IMG/VR virus record: IMGVR_UViG_3300025030_000109
Location: 1-61,372 of that record
Source: a virus
Lineage: Duplodnaviria > Caudoviricetes
DNA length: 61,372 nucleotides
Strand: one strand, 5' to 3'
The notes beneath the pieces were generated by a model. The model saw nothing but the letters and a program-made list of their open reading frames with translations, had not been told where the DNA came from and ran no database searches. The position numbers were made by a program, and so were the translations under genes. Positions 28,360 to 38,348 of the stretch are shown here, in pieces (the first letter of the stretch is position 1; the number at the start of each line of letters is the position of its first letter).

Positions 28360-31224
28360 TCACTCCTGCGAACTTGCCCGTCGCTTCCCATCCTTGATGT
28401 CCGTCACCAGGCTCAACACTCGGCGCCCCAGCGCGGGGCAGTTCAAGTCCACCACCCACACAGGCTGCTGCGTCCCGCCAATGTAGGTCCCCGATCCGAG
28501 GACCCGTCTGGTATCATGACTTAACAGCGCCTTCAGGTCCATAAGTTCGTTCTTCAGGTCCGTGTAGCTGCCGTAGTGCTTGTCCAGATACTTCTTGAGA
28601 CTCTGCCTCGATACGTAGAGCTTGTTCTGGTCCACCATGATGCGGGCGATCAGCGGGCCGCGGGGCTCCTTCAGCACCGAGCAAAGCTTGGTATCATCCC
28701 CACTGGTCACCATGACGCCGGCGGCCATCTCGTCCAGGAACTGACCCAGGACGTCCACTTGGGTCGCCACCAGCTCCTCCTTCTCGCCCCGCAGCGCCTT
28801 GATGCGCCCCACGATCCAGTTCAGCAGGGGCGCCACCTCGAACTCGATGAGGTCCAGCTTCTTGGCGATCAGCCCTCCGTAGATGGCGACGGCGCTCATG
28901 GCGGACCAGAACCTCTCGTCGCTGGAGGCGGCACTTAGCTGGTCGATCTTCTTGGAGATGGCGTCGATCTTCTCCTGGTGCTCGTGCTGATGCTCGGTGA
29001 TGTAGGCGGCGTAGACGGGGCCGGCGGTGCCGAAGTTCTGGTGGAAGGCGCGGTAGGCGGCGGTCGCCTCGTTGCGTCCGAACCCCGCGACCGGCTTGCA
29101 GGTCACCTCCATGATCCGGTTGATCTCGGCGGAGGAGTCGGACTTCAGATTGGAGAGCTTGTCGATGAGGGAATGGTTGCTGGAGGCGACGGCGATGGTG
29201 TTCCACGAGTTGAGCACTGCCCGCTCCCGGGCGTCCCGGCCCAGGCGAGCCTTGTCCCGCCCCTGTGTGATACGGTAGAGAAGATCGGAGAGCTCCTGCC
29301 CCTCGATATTACTCACCTCGTCCAGGTACAAGGGGAGTGAGCCGTAGAGGCCCAGACGCGAGACCAGCGCGTTCACCGTGTCGTTCTTCAGAAGGGACAG
29401 TTGACGAGGGTCTCCGTACGTCGATAAGATCCATTCCCCCACCAGTGTCTTTCCAATTCCCGTATGGCCGACAAGTGCAACGCACGCGCCTGCGTATCCC
29501 GTGAAGCGCATGAGCGGAGCGCCGAAAGCTCCCGCCAGGAACGCGAAGGCGAACGGCTCCATGCCGGGGAGACCCAAGGCCTTTGTCGTACTCGACCACT
29601 CTTCGAGGTCCCCCTCGGGGTGGAATGCCTTGGCAACTTCGGGGATGTTTTTCGCAAAGCCGGTGTCCTCCTCGTCTCCGTTGATTTTGTAGGTCTTGTC
29701 ACCCAGCACGAAGGCCTGATCCAGGCCATCCGGCCGCCACCCCATCTGGGAATGCAGCGTCGCCATGTCCTTCATGCTCCTCAGTTTCGACAGGTACTGC
29801 TCCACGTAAGCCATAAAGAAACCTCTCTCCTCCTTGCCTGAGATCTGCACGTGATTATCGGCCATGTGCATCATCATGGTCTTCTGGTCATGCAGCAGCG
29901 CCGAGCGAAGGGTGAACTCCTGGTACTCCCCGGTGCGCGGCATCTGGTGCCGGATGGTGACTGTCTCATACCCCAGGCTCTTGTCCATGGCGATCTTGGT
30001 CGGGTAGAGGTCATAGGGGTAGAGCCTGAGCGGGGCCGAGGAGCCGTCGGCGATGTAGTAGACGCCGTCGTTGGAGCGGCGGTAGCCGTAAGGCTGCAAC
30101 CCCACCTCTTCCTCGGTGACCACTTGGGCCACCTCCAGCTCCGGCCGGCCCAGAACGATGGGGCTCTTGATCTTGTTGGCGCTGGGGCAACCCACGCAGA
30201 GGTGCGCGTCCTCCGCGGCGAACTTGGCACAGGTGGTGGGCCCGGCGCCCGACTTGATGTGGTGCTGGATCTTGCCGGCGGTGATCGACTCGGTGTAGGC
30301 GGGATGTCCTGCGGACCACTGGTGGATCAGGTCGTCCCCCTCCGAGCAGTAGCGCAGCAGGCCTATGGCAGCGTACCAGGCAGGCTCGGTCAGGTTGCCC
30401 CTGGTGTCGCGCATCTGGCGGATCTGGGCGCATTTCTGAGCCACCCGCTCCGCCGACGACGGCGGGCCGTCGAGCCCTGCGGTGAACTCGTCGTTGATGC
30501 CTCGGAACTGCGTCGGGGGGAGCAGCGCAGGAGCTGCGAGCTTCGCCTTGGTCGAGGCGTGCTCCAGCAGATCTATGAACCGCGCCAGCGGGATACTGTC
30601 GGCGTCCTGCAGCACCCTCACGGCCTTGATGTCTCCGGTCTTCCGGTTGTGGGTTCCCACCGGGCGAAGCACCGAGGCCGAGTCTGAGGTGCGGCTGGGG
30701 TCCTGCTTGAACTTGTGGTGCGCCATGACGTTCTTGAAAAGGTGGGCCAGGGTCTTCCACTGCTGCGCCGGGACGTCTTCCTCGATGATCCAGTGCGCGT
30801 AGAGGCCGTGGCCGGAGGAGATCAGGACTGGGAACGGGAAGCCTGCATCCCTTACGAAGCGGCGCAGGTCCTTGATGGCGTCCAGCTGTGTGGGGTAGCT
30901 CTTGTGGGGGTCTTTGGCGAACTTCTCGGGGCCGCAGTCGATGTCGACGAAGTAGGAGCGCAGATGCGTGGTGTTTTGCTGCGTCCGCACAGGCAGCTTG
31001 CTCCCCTTGGGCAGCGATCTGTTCTTGTCGTTGTTCTGGTAAGCCTCTATACTGTAAGACGCCTGAGCCAGGTACATGGTGTGGCCGGCGGCGTCCGAGG
31101 CCCTGAGATGTTCCGCAGTTTCTGCGATTGTCGCGTGGAAGTAGTGTTGGAATCCCCCGGTGGGGATCAGGCGGGCGGTGCAGTAAAGCCCCGTACTTGG
31201 GAGGAGCCTTGAGAGAAAGTCCAT
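28360..31224 (-). CDS. Primase-helicase fusion (RepB-like primase + DUF927)
   Basis: FVDIDCG, SGHGLYAHW, VLRPVGT primase motifs; Cys cluster; Walker A GHTGIGKT, Walker B LYLDE. Confidence 0.85.
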   Translation of the reverse strand: MDFLSRLLPSTGLYCTARLIPTGGFQHYFHATIAETAEHLRASDAAGHTMYLAQASYSIEAYQNNDKNRSLPKGSKLPVRTQQNTTHLRSYFVDIDCGPEKFAKDPHKSYPTQLDAIKDLRRFVRDAGFPFPVLISSGHGLYAHWIIEEDVPAQQWKTLAHLFKNVMAHHKFKQDPSRTSDSASVLRPVGTHNRKTGDIKAVRVLQDADSIPLARFIDLLEHASTKAKLAAPALLPPTQFRGINDEFTAGLDGPPSSAERVAQKCAQIRQMRDTRGNLTEPAWYAAIGLLRYCSEGDDLIHQWSAGHPAYTESITAGKIQHHIKSGAGPTTCAKFAAEDAHLCVGCPSANKIKSPIVLGRPELEVAQVVTEEEVGLQPYGYRRSNDGVYYIADGSSAPLRLYPYDLYPTKIAMDKSLGYETVTIRHQMPRTGEYQEFTLRSALLHDQKTMMMHMADNHVQISGKEERGFFMAYVEQYLSKLRSMKDMATLHSQMGWRPDGLDQAFVLGDKTYKINGDEEDTGFAKNIPEVAKAFHPEGDLEEWSSTTKALGLPGMEPFAFAFLAGAFGAPLMRFTGYAGACVALVGHTGIGKTLVGEWILSTYGDPRQLSLLKNDTVNALVSRLGLYGSLPLYLDEVSNIEGQELSDLLYRITQGRDKARLGRDARERAVLNSWNTIAVASSNHSLIDKLSNLKSDSSAEINRIMEVTCKPVAGFGRNEATAAYRAFHQNFGTAGPVYAAYITEHQHEHQEKIDAISKKIDQLSAASSDERFWSAMSAVAIYGGLIAKKLDLIEFEVAPLLNWIVGRIKALRGEKEELVATQVDVLGQFLDEMAAGVMVTSGDDTKLCSVLKEPRGPLIARIMVDQNKLYVSRQSLKKYLDKHYGSYTDLKNELMDLKALLSHDTRRVLGSGTYIGGTQQPVWVVDLNCPALGRRVLSLVTDIKDGKRRASSQE

Positions 31225-31270
31225 CGGGTGAGCCTCCAGAAGCGGGTCTACCAAATAATACATTAAAAGG

Positions 31271-31311
31271 CAGGGGGTATTATGCTACCCCCTGAGTTGG
31301 ATCTCTGTCAA
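31271..31311 (-). promoter_or_regulatory. Promoter for primase with inverted repeat over the -10
   Basis: TTGACA-N18-TAGCAT; CAGGGGGTA-6nt-TACCCCCTG at 31271-31294. Confidence 0.5.
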
Positions 31312-31317
31312 GTTCTT

Positions 31318-31497
31318 TTAATGGTGCGGTTCTTCATCCGCACCAGATGCGTGGCCCCGACTGTTCAGCCACTCAAATATCTGCTTGGCTGCGCCCACTA
31401 TCTCTTCGGCGGTCACGATGTCCTCGCGGTGCGCCATTCCTGCGGTCTTTATCGCTGCATCCAGCGCAATCGTTTTCAGGTTCTGTTCGTCGCTCAT
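31318..31497 (-). CDS. Hypothetical protein (59 aa)
   Basis: GAGGAG RBS; MSDEQNLKTIALDAAIK... Confidence 0.6.
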   Translation of the reverse strand: MSDEQNLKTIALDAAIKTAGMAHREDIVTAEEIVGAAKQIFEWLNSRGHASGADEEPHH

Positions 31498-31562
31498 CGC
31501 ATCTCCTCTTGGTGGCCCTCGGCCACTTCTTTTAATGGTGCGGCTCCTCTTGGGAACCGCGC

Positions 31563-31931
31563 CTAGTCTTCCGCTCTCGCCTGCCGCTTCACCGGAGGCG
31601 TCAGGTGTTTCTTGAAGACGGCCTCAAGCACTGCGGGGCGGTCTTTCTTCTCGACCTCCACCAGGGGGAGGTCTCCCGACTTCTCGACCTTCTCCAGCAG
31701 CGCGATGACGCGCAGAGCGCGGCTGCGGATCAGGGGTTGCTGCGGACCGACGCTGGCCGTGCCGTCGAGCTCCGGCCGGACAGGCTTCTCCATTATCCAC
31801 GTGTAAATGGATACACGGGAGACCCCAAAGAGGGGTGTTACCTCGTCCACAGAAAGTCCTGTTCTGCGGAGCAGATCCTTGAGGTGCTTCCCGAACTTCT
31901 CTTCGCCCGGCGGGCCTGGTGTCGTTTTCAT
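31563..31931 (-). CDS. XRE/Cro-type HTH regulator
   Basis: GLSVDEVTPLFGVSRVSIYTW helix-turn-helix. Confidence 0.75.
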   Translation of the reverse strand: MKTTPGPPGEEKFGKHLKDLLRRTGLSVDEVTPLFGVSRVSIYTWIMEKPVRPELDGTASVGPQQPLIRSRALRVIALLEKVEKSGDLPLVEVEKKDRPAVLEAVFKKHLTPPVKRQARAED

Positions 31932-31943
31932 TTTGGGCTCCTT

Positions 31944-32288
31944 TTAATACTTCTCGAATAATCTGGTCAGGATCGAGTCCTGCTTGTCGGATAGGTAGGG
32001 CAGCGCGGAGTGAGTCTTGCGGTAAACCGAGTCAATGAACTCGCACTCCCAGTCGTTGTCGATTTCGCCCTCATCGACATTTCTTTTCAGGTACTCCGCC
32101 ATCCGTTTCTGCGAAGCTTCCTTAGCGGTCAGACGCTGTTCCACCTCCTTGCGCCACTTCTCCGAAGCCGCCCGAGCTTCTGGTGTGTTCAGCTTCTTGA
32201 AGTCGATGCCTTTAGATTCCCCGCTTCCGAAATCAATTGTGTCAGCTTTGACTCCGGCGCAGAAAGGGTCGTCGGTGACGTCGCCCAT
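31944..32288 (-). CDS. Hypothetical protein
   Basis: AGGAGG RBS; WExEFIDSV...LSDKQ motif common in phage proteins. Confidence 0.65.
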   Translation of the reverse strand: MGDVTDDPFCAGVKADTIDFGSGESKGIDFKKLNTPEARAASEKWRKEVEQRLTAKEASQKRMAEYLKRNVDEGEIDNDWECEFIDSVYRKTHSALPYLSDKQDSILTRLFEKY

Positions 32289-32297
32289 GACGGCCTC

Positions 32298-33284
32298 CTA
32301 AATGACCCTTGGAGCATCCAAGGTGAACCTTGCGGCGCCGGCGTGGCCCCCGCCTCCGAACGCTACGGCGACCTCGCTCACGTCGAAACCGAAGCGGGAC
32401 CGGAGCGAGTAATTGCGCTTACCTCCCGGGCGGTCGCAGTAGGTCATGGAGAACGGCGCGTCCGGATAGGCGAGGCAGAGTGCTTCGCCTACTTCGGAGA
32501 TGTTCTCGGAGCAGCAGACGACGGGGATGAGATACTTCTTGCAGTCCGACGGCGAGATACTCGCATTCGGCGAGATGCTCCAGTAGTACGGGTGGTTACG
32601 AAGGCAGCCGTTTATGGCTATGGATTCAGGCGTTGCATGTTTGAACGCCACCCCGTCGTCGATGTGGCAGTGTATCATCTCTGCCGCCTTCACCCTCCCC
32701 TCAATCTGCCGTCTCTGGAAGTCCAGTATCGCCTTCCCCGCATCGTAGGCCAGCGGCATGTAGAAGTCGGCCCACGCCTCGAACTCGAAGGGCATCGTGG
32801 CGATGAAGGCGTTGATCTCCTTGGAGTGCTCCAGCTCAAACTTCCAGAGGTCGCGGTCCTGGACGTAGTGCAGCAGTTTGGGGATTGGCTCCTCGGGGTT
32901 GAAGAAAAGCCAGGAGAGAACGCAGCCGGAGTTTTCGAGGTAGACTCGGACGCCGGAGAAGAGGGGTAACCCATCGACTACTTCGGCTCCGAGGTGGAAG
33001 ATCTCGGGGAACTCTGCGAGTTCGGCCATCGCAGAGCGATGATGATCGATCACCACGGTCGCGGGGAACTTCTCCATGAACTCCCGCAGGACGGGGGCCT
33101 TGTAGCTGAAGTCCAGGATGTAGACCTGGTCGGGGGAGAACTCGTTGAGTTCGGCGTAAGGCGGGTCCTCGCCGTACTGGACCGATTTGAAGAGCATCTC
33201 GTGAGATGCAGAGAGGGCGTGGTGTGCGGCGAAGGCGCTCGCCCAGCCGTCCTGATCTCGATGCCAAAGTACAGCTACTTTCAT
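32298..33284 (-). CDS. DHH/DHHA1 phosphoesterase
   Basis: HxDxDG, ILDFS, IDHH, SLRS, GGGGHAGAA. Confidence 0.9.
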   Translation of the reverse strand: MKVAVLWHRDQDGWASAFAAHHALSASHEMLFKSVQYGEDPPYAELNEFSPDQVYILDFSYKAPVLREFMEKFPATVVIDHHRSAMAELAEFPEIFHLGAEVVDGLPLFSGVRVYLENSGCVLSWLFFNPEEPIPKLLHYVQDRDLWKFELEHSKEINAFIATMPFEFEAWADFYMPLAYDAGKAILDFQRRQIEGRVKAAEMIHCHIDDGVAFKHATPESIAINGCLRNHPYYWSISPNASISPSDCKKYLIPVVCCSENISEVGEALCLAYPDAPFSMTYCDRPGGKRNYSLRSRFGFDVSEVAVAFGGGGHAGAARFTLDAPRVI

Positions 33285-33922
33285 TTTCGCTCCTTCTTTG
33301 GGGTTGTCAGCGCTCGCTCCAGCGGCCAGTTCTTTAGCCTCTGGATGAGCGACGGTAGGCCTATATTTAGTCGGGCGGCCCACTGCGTGAGTGTCAAAGT
33401 TTCGCCGTTGAGTGTGATCCGTCTGCAGTTTCTGGAGTTGTTATTTTGAGTTATGGAGTCTGCCCATCGGCAGTTGCCTGGTTCGTAATTTCCGTCTGAG
33501 TCTATACGATCCAACGTGAAACCCGCAGGGCTAGGACCCATATCAGTATAGAAATTCTTAAACGCTCCCCACCTCGGACTTACCCTGATGCCTCGCCCGC
33601 CGTAGTGATGGTAATCCTGATTCCTCGGGTTGTTGCATCTGTTGCGCATTGAGACCCAAGAATTGTACTCGGGCGCGTTTCTGCGCGGACCTAAGCCTTC
33701 GATGTTTCGCGTGTGCAAGCAGCCGCAGTGGGTAGTGGTGCCTCTAGTCAGCCGAGCTTTAGGCACCATGCGAGTTCCCCCGCAATCACACAAGCAAAGC
33801 CACTCAGCGTGTTGTCGACCTGAAGGCAGCGTCACTTGGTGCATGGTTGTAGCGAGCAACATGCCGAACTTCTGCCCGCTTATCTCTGCACCTTTCTGAT
33901 TCATCCCGAAGTAACCTGCCAC
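33281..33922 (-). CDS. Free-standing HNH-type homing endonuclease
   Basis: WLCLCDCG, HCGC, MRNRC, YGGRGI, LDRIDSDGNYEPGNCRWA. Confidence 0.85.
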   Translation of the reverse strand: MAGYFGMNQKGAEISGQKFGMLLATTMHQVTLPSGRQHAEWLCLCDCGGTRMVPKARLTRGTTTHCGCLHTRNIEGLGPRRNAPEYNSWVSMRNRCNNPRNQDYHHYGGRGIRVSPRWGAFKNFYTDMGPSPAGFTLDRIDSDGNYEPGNCRWADSITQNNNSRNCRRITLNGETLTLTQWAARLNIGLPSLIQRLKNWPLERALTTPKKERK

Positions 33923-33936
33923 TGCTCTGCCTCCTT

Positions 33937-33963
33937 AAAAGCCCCTCCCCGAAAGGAGGGGCT
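33937..33963 (-). terminator. Rho-independent terminator
   Basis: GCCCCTCC-TTTCGG-GGAGGGGC followed by TTTT on the minus strand. Confidence 0.75.
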
Positions 33964-33970
33964 AAGATTC

Positions 33971-35005
33971 TTACAGGCTGAAGAGCGCGGAGAGCGCCTC
34001 GTCGGTGAGGTTGTCACCCGCGCCCTCTGCACCCATACCGAGCCCGAGATCGCCCAAGCCCAGGCCGTCGTCTGCGGGTTTCGCAGCTGCGGCAGCAGCC
34101 TCGTCTTTTGCCTTCTTCTCTGCGGCTTTTTTGTCGGCGTCCGCTTTCTTCTTGGCTGCGGCTGCGGTTTTCTCTTTCTCCGCTTCGACCGCTTTCTGAG
34201 CTGCGATCTCTGCGGCGGAGGGGCCCGACTGGGTCTGCTGCGCAGCGGGTGCCGGCAGCGCCGTCTGGGTAAAGTCCTGCATGATCGCCCCCACCTCGTC
34301 GGAGGTCAGGAGCGGCTGGATCTTGCCTTTGAAAGCAGCCTCCGGCAGAACGCCCTGGAAAGCGAAGACCAGCTTGGTCGGGGTTGCGGGGTCGAAGGAG
34401 ATCGTGGTGATCACCGTGGCGAGGCCCAGGCCGTGACCAGCGAGCTGGCGGGCGTAAGCGGCGAAGTCGCCCAGGGATGCCGGCGGGACGTTGAAACGGA
34501 AGACGCCGTTGTTGGCATAGATCGCCAGGCGCTTCTTCTCGGCGCAGGCCTTGCCCTTGCCGGGGGAGCCGTCCTGGAGCTTGGCGGTGCCCCACATGTT
34601 CTGCGGGCAGCCGGCACAGGAGTCGCACTGCTTGTTCGGGGAGTCAGCCTTGGGCCTGATGCCGTCCTCGCTGGAGCAGTCGGGGGACTGCGCCTCGGAA
34701 CCTGCGGTGTAGGCGGTGGCGAACCAGGCGCGGTCGAGGGCGGCCTTCCCTTTCAGGATGACGGCGGCGATCTTCGGGGCGTTGATCATACCCATGCCTT
34801 CGACTTTCATCTGGATGACTTCTTCCACGCCGTCGATCTTGGTCTTGAACATGCCTTGGTTGGCGGTAAGAGTGGGGACCGCTCCAGCTCCGATGCCGTT
34901 GGCGGCGTCCAGGTTGGCCTGGATCAGGCTGGGGTCGGCGGCGATGGCCTCCCGCAGGTAGGCGGGGAGGGACGACATTTCGGGGATCATTACTTCGTTG
35001 GTCAT
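33971..35005 (-). CDS. Putative ssDNA-binding/replication accessory protein
   Basis: CSSxDG...CxxCPxNxWG...GKAC zinc motif, acidic C-terminal tail, strong codon bias. Confidence 0.6.
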   Translation of the reverse strand: MTNEVMIPEMSSLPAYLREAIAADPSLIQANLDAANGIGAGAVPTLTANQGMFKTKIDGVEEVIQMKVEGMGMINAPKIAAVILKGKAALDRAWFATAYTAGSEAQSPDCSSEDGIRPKADSPNKQCDSCAGCPQNMWGTAKLQDGSPGKGKACAEKKRLAIYANNGVFRFNVPPASLGDFAAYARQLAGHGLGLATVITTISFDPATPTKLVFAFQGVLPEAAFKGKIQPLLTSDEVGAIMQDFTQTALPAPAAQQTQSGPSAAEIAAQKAVEAEKEKTAAAAKKKADADKKAAEKKAKDEAAAAAAKPADDGLGLGDLGLGMGAEGAGDNLTDEALSALFSL

Positions 35006-35083
35006 TTGGGGCTCCTTTGTAGTGGCGCTTTCGCGCCTGGTTTAAGTGAATTGGGGCGGGCGAGCGCAGCGCCCCCAACTGAT

Positions 35084-35716
35084 CTAGTTCTTCCTCACCC
35101 CGACCGTCCGGATCGCGGTGTACTTGACGCCCGGGGGCGGAGGGTTCGGCCTGCTGTCGGTCTTCTCATCTTTGTCGCCCATGATTTCGAGGACGCTCGT
35201 CTTCGCCACCCCTTTCGTGATCAGTTCCAGGTGCATGTAGGACTTAATCGCTGCGGCGACCTCCTCAACGGTTGCGCCTGCGCCAGCCAGAGCCATAAGA
35301 TCTTCAAGGTGTTCAGCGACGGGTAACAGGAGCTGGGAGTCTACGACCGCATCCCAGTCCTCCACGGATACGCCTTCTTTCCTCGTCGGGAACACTGTGC
35401 CGAACTCAGTCTTGAAGCCTTTGGACTTCAGCTTGTCCAGCATCTTCAGGAGCCAGGCCTCGATCTCGTTCTGCTTCAGGCCGATGTCCTTCTTCTTGGC
35501 CTCGGCCGCCGCCTTGCCGTCCCGGCCGTTAATGTAGAGGTCGGTAAGGAAGTCGAAAAGCGCGGGGTCGTCCTGCTTCAGCAGGTACGCTTCGCGGTTG
35601 GATTGGAAGGTCTCCAGGGATGCGACGGCACCCGCCGCTGCCTCCTTGATCCGCTTGATACGCCCGCGGTCGATGAGGTACTGGTCGATGATTTCCTGGT
35701 TGGTGGGGGTGGTCAT
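35084..35716 (-). CDS. Conserved-type phage hypothetical protein
   Basis: Coiled coil then KTEFGTV...VEDWD...PPGV; coupled to upstream gene. Confidence 0.65.
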   Translation of the reverse strand: MTTPTNQEIIDQYLIDRGRIKRIKEAAAGAVASLETFQSNREAYLLKQDDPALFDFLTDLYINGRDGKAAAEAKKKDIGLKQNEIEAWLLKMLDKLKSKGFKTEFGTVFPTRKEGVSVEDWDAVVDSQLLLPVAEHLEDLMALAGAGATVEEVAAAIKSYMHLELITKGVAKTSVLEIMGDKDEKTDSRPNPPPPGVKYTAIRTVGVRKN

Positions 35717-36249
35717 TTCGCACCCCCGGAGAACTCCTGAATCATCTTGTTGAGGTCCTCGGTGAGCGGCACGGGGAGATTCTTGATCTCGCCCTTCGGC
35801 ACGAACTCCTCGACCTCCGGCCACACAGCGAGAAGCTGCTTGTCGGTAGTGATGGTGGAGAGCAGCGAGTTGATTTGCGAGCGGAGCAGTTTGCGATCCT
35901 TGTCAACAGCATCTTGGAGCAGGTTGATCTCCTCGAATCGCTTGGTCAGGGGGTCGTCAGTGCCGAAGCGCAAGCGCTGCTCCCAAGCGCGGTAGCCGTG
36001 CGGGCGCTCGGTGGCGAGCGGGAGATTGGCGGTCTGCCCTCCGAAGTAGCAACGCATGTCTGCGCTCAACCTCGCCACGCCTTTCGGCAAGCCTTTGAGC
36101 AGGTCCACCATGTGGGCTCCCTGCGAAGCGTATGCCTGCTCCGCGAGCATCTGGCGCATCGTTGCGAGGGACTCCTCCCTGCCGCTGAAGGTCTTATCCA
36201 GCACCGTGTCGCGGAGCGTCTGTTTCTGGGTTTCGGTGAAGCGGGCCAT
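35713..36249 (-). CDS. Nmad5-like (nucleotide modification-associated domain 5) protein
   Basis: C-terminal ITTDKQLLAVWPEV signature; ~180 aa. Confidence 0.65.
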   Translation of the reverse strand: MARFTETQKQTLRDTVLDKTFSGREESLATMRQMLAEQAYASQGAHMVDLLKGLPKGVARLSADMRCYFGGQTANLPLATERPHGYRAWEQRLRFGTDDPLTKRFEEINLLQDAVDKDRKLLRSQINSLLSTITTDKQLLAVWPEVEEFVPKGEIKNLPVPLTEDLNKMIQEFSGGAK

Positions 36250-36279
36250 CTCGCTACCTCCTTTTGAAGTGTTAAATTC

Positions 36280-36319
36280 TTTATATCAGTCTTTATTTGC
36301 CGCGTCAAGAACTTTATTT
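36280..36319 (-). promoter_or_regulatory. AATAAAGTTCTTGAC-family promoter
   Basis: AAATAAAGTTCTTGACG-N17-TATAAA with extended TGn. Confidence 0.8.
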
Positions 36320-37904
36320 AAGATTCTTTTCCGAGCTTCAGCAGCCCCAAGACCACGTCTTGCAGACGACCCTTCTCCCGCACCACTGAGTAGATCCTGC
36401 GCTCTGTGGGTGTTGCAGAGATATGCATGATGTCGATCTTGGACTTCTGCCCTCCGCCGTCGATGCGGCAGCAGGCCTGGGTGTAGATCTCGTTCGAAGT
36501 GATGGGCGCCCCCCAGACTATGAGCGACGCGGCGGTGAGCTCCAAACCGTGCGACATGCACTGCGGGTGTGCGACGAGGACGTGCGGCGCCTTCTTGGTC
36601 TGGAAATCGGCGAAGATCTGGTTCCGCTTGCCAGCGGAGACCGACCCATCCACGATCTCGACGGTCCACTTTTTCTTCAGCTCCAAGGCGATGGCGTTCA
36701 GCGCCCCAGTGAAGGGGAGGAACACGATGACCTTCTCGCCGTTGTTTTCCTCGATGGCTTCTTCCAGGACTTTCATTCGTGGGCCGAAGTCCAGGCGGAG
36801 AAACTCGCCGTTCGCACCGTAGACGCAGCCGCAGGCTGCCTGCACCACCTTGCTGATCAGCACCGCAGCATTCACCGCCGTCACGGTCGACCCATCGATC
36901 TCGGTGGTTGCCTCGCGCAAGAGCTTCGTGATGTGGTGCTTCTGCTCCGGAGAGAGCTCGGCATGTCTCTCAATCAGGCAGGGCTCCATGTCAGTGACCG
37001 TGGAGCGGTCGAACCTGATGGATGGCGAGAGCACCCGTGCGACGGTCTGCTCCGATCCCTGCCGCGGGACCCAGCGGAAAGGACCGAACTGCTGCATGGT
37101 GAGATCCTTAAAAGCGGTGAAGCTCTGTCCTCTGACGCTCTCAGGGCGTACCAGCCTGGCCTGACCATAGGCATCGGTCGGCTCGTTGCTTGTGGGCGTC
37201 CCTGTGAGCCCCCAGCACCAGGTGTAGACCCCGCGGTTGTTCACCACGGCGTTCATCGCTTTCCACCGCTTGGTCTTCGCGTTCCGGAAGACTGCCACTT
37301 CATCAATCACGATCAGGTCTATGTCACCTCGCGCCATGATCTCCTTCTGGACGATCTCGACCCCGTCGTGATTTATTACGTACAGGTCCATGCTCTTATC
37401 CGCAAGCAGTTTCCTCCGCTTCTCTGCTGACCCATGCAGCACGGCGAAACGCTTCCCGGGGAAGTTCATGAAGATCTCGTCGCCCCAGGCTCGCTCCAGT
37501 GTGGAGAGCGGTGCCACGACCAGGACCTTGTTCAGGACCCCGATCTGCTGGAGGTAGTCAACGGCCCAGAGCGTCGAGAGGGTCTTGCCGGTCCTTGGAC
37601 TATTGTGACAATGTCCTCTCGGGTTCAGCGTGAAATAGGCGCTGGTCGTGATCTGGTGTGGCCGAGGCTTGCGGCCCGGTATGATCGGCCAGTTATAAAC
37701 GGCCTCTATCGGACTCGGCGCCTCGATCCCCAGGTTCCTGAGAATCCTTGCGGCCTCCAGTGTCAGGGGCGCGGCGCCTAAGACCCCGATGGGTGACTCT
37801 GCGAACCGGACGGTCGGGATGCAGGCTCGTACCTGTTTGGCCTGCGCCAGGTCGGCGGGCTTGAAAACTATCTGAGAACCGACGATGCGAGGAGCAAAGG
37901 TCAT
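36318..37904 (-). CDS. SNF2-like superfamily 2 helicase
   Basis: PRTGKT, VIDEVA, LTGTP, SHGLELT, QxxxRIDGGGQ. Confidence 0.9.
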   Translation of the reverse strand: MTFAPRIVGSQIVFKPADLAQAKQVRACIPTVRFAESPIGVLGAAPLTLEAARILRNLGIEAPSPIEAVYNWPIIPGRKPRPHQITTSAYFTLNPRGHCHNSPRTGKTLSTLWAVDYLQQIGVLNKVLVVAPLSTLERAWGDEIFMNFPGKRFAVLHGSAEKRRKLLADKSMDLYVINHDGVEIVQKEIMARGDIDLIVIDEVAVFRNAKTKRWKAMNAVVNNRGVYTWCWGLTGTPTSNEPTDAYGQARLVRPESVRGQSFTAFKDLTMQQFGPFRWVPRQGSEQTVARVLSPSIRFDRSTVTDMEPCLIERHAELSPEQKHHITKLLREATTEIDGSTVTAVNAAVLISKVVQAACGCVYGANGEFLRLDFGPRMKVLEEAIEENNGEKVIVFLPFTGALNAIALELKKKWTVEIVDGSVSAGKRNQIFADFQTKKAPHVLVAHPQCMSHGLELTAASLIVWGAPITSNEIYTQACCRIDGGGQKSKIDIMHISATPTERRIYSVVREKGRLQDVVLGLLKLGKES

Positions 37905-38209
37905 GGGCGTTCCTCGATCAAGCAGAGGATGAGCCGTAAGCACTCTTTGAGATCTTCCATACTTTTCAACGTCTCTATTGATGTTCTCACCGCATCTATT
38001 TCAGCTTCGTGCTCGGCTAGTGCTGTTTGTTCGGCGGTCTGCTCCATACCTTCCTGCTCGCGCCTGAATGCCTCTTTCCACTGGAACTCATCGCTTGTGC
38101 CCCGGTACTCCCGAGGCATGTTGTGGATTGACTGCCCGTTTCTCGCTGCCATCGCAGCGTTATTCCGGACCAGTTCTACCTCCCTACGACGTTCATCTCG
38201 TCTGGACAT
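37901..38209 (-). CDS. Hypothetical protein
   Basis: Fills the gap; coupled to helicase by ATGA. Confidence 0.6.
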   Translation of the reverse strand: MSRRDERRREVELVRNNAAMAARNGQSIHNMPREYRGTSDEFQWKEAFRREQEGMEQTAEQTALAEHEAEIDAVRTSIETLKSMEDLKECLRLILCLIEERP

Positions 38210-38348
38210 CTTCTGCCCCCACACACTTAGTATCCCGCTCCTTCTTGTGGCAGAAAGCGTCGTTGCAACTTTTGTCGCACTCGTGAGGGAAGGCTTGGAT
38301 GCAGCCCGTCACCTCGCACGCCTCGTCAGTCTCGGCGCAGATTCTCAT
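38193..38348 (-). CDS. Small Cys-rich protein (51 aa)
   Basis: MRICAETDEACEVTGCIQAFPHECDKSCNDAFC; ATGA overlap. Confidence 0.5.
   Translation of the reverse strand: MRICAETDEACEVTGCIQAFPHECDKSCNDAFCHKKERDTKCVGAEDVQTR

Noticed and set aside
31563-31931. Lysogeny module around the XRE regulator
   Set aside because: No integrase, divergent cI/cro pair, att-like site or partition genes recognised
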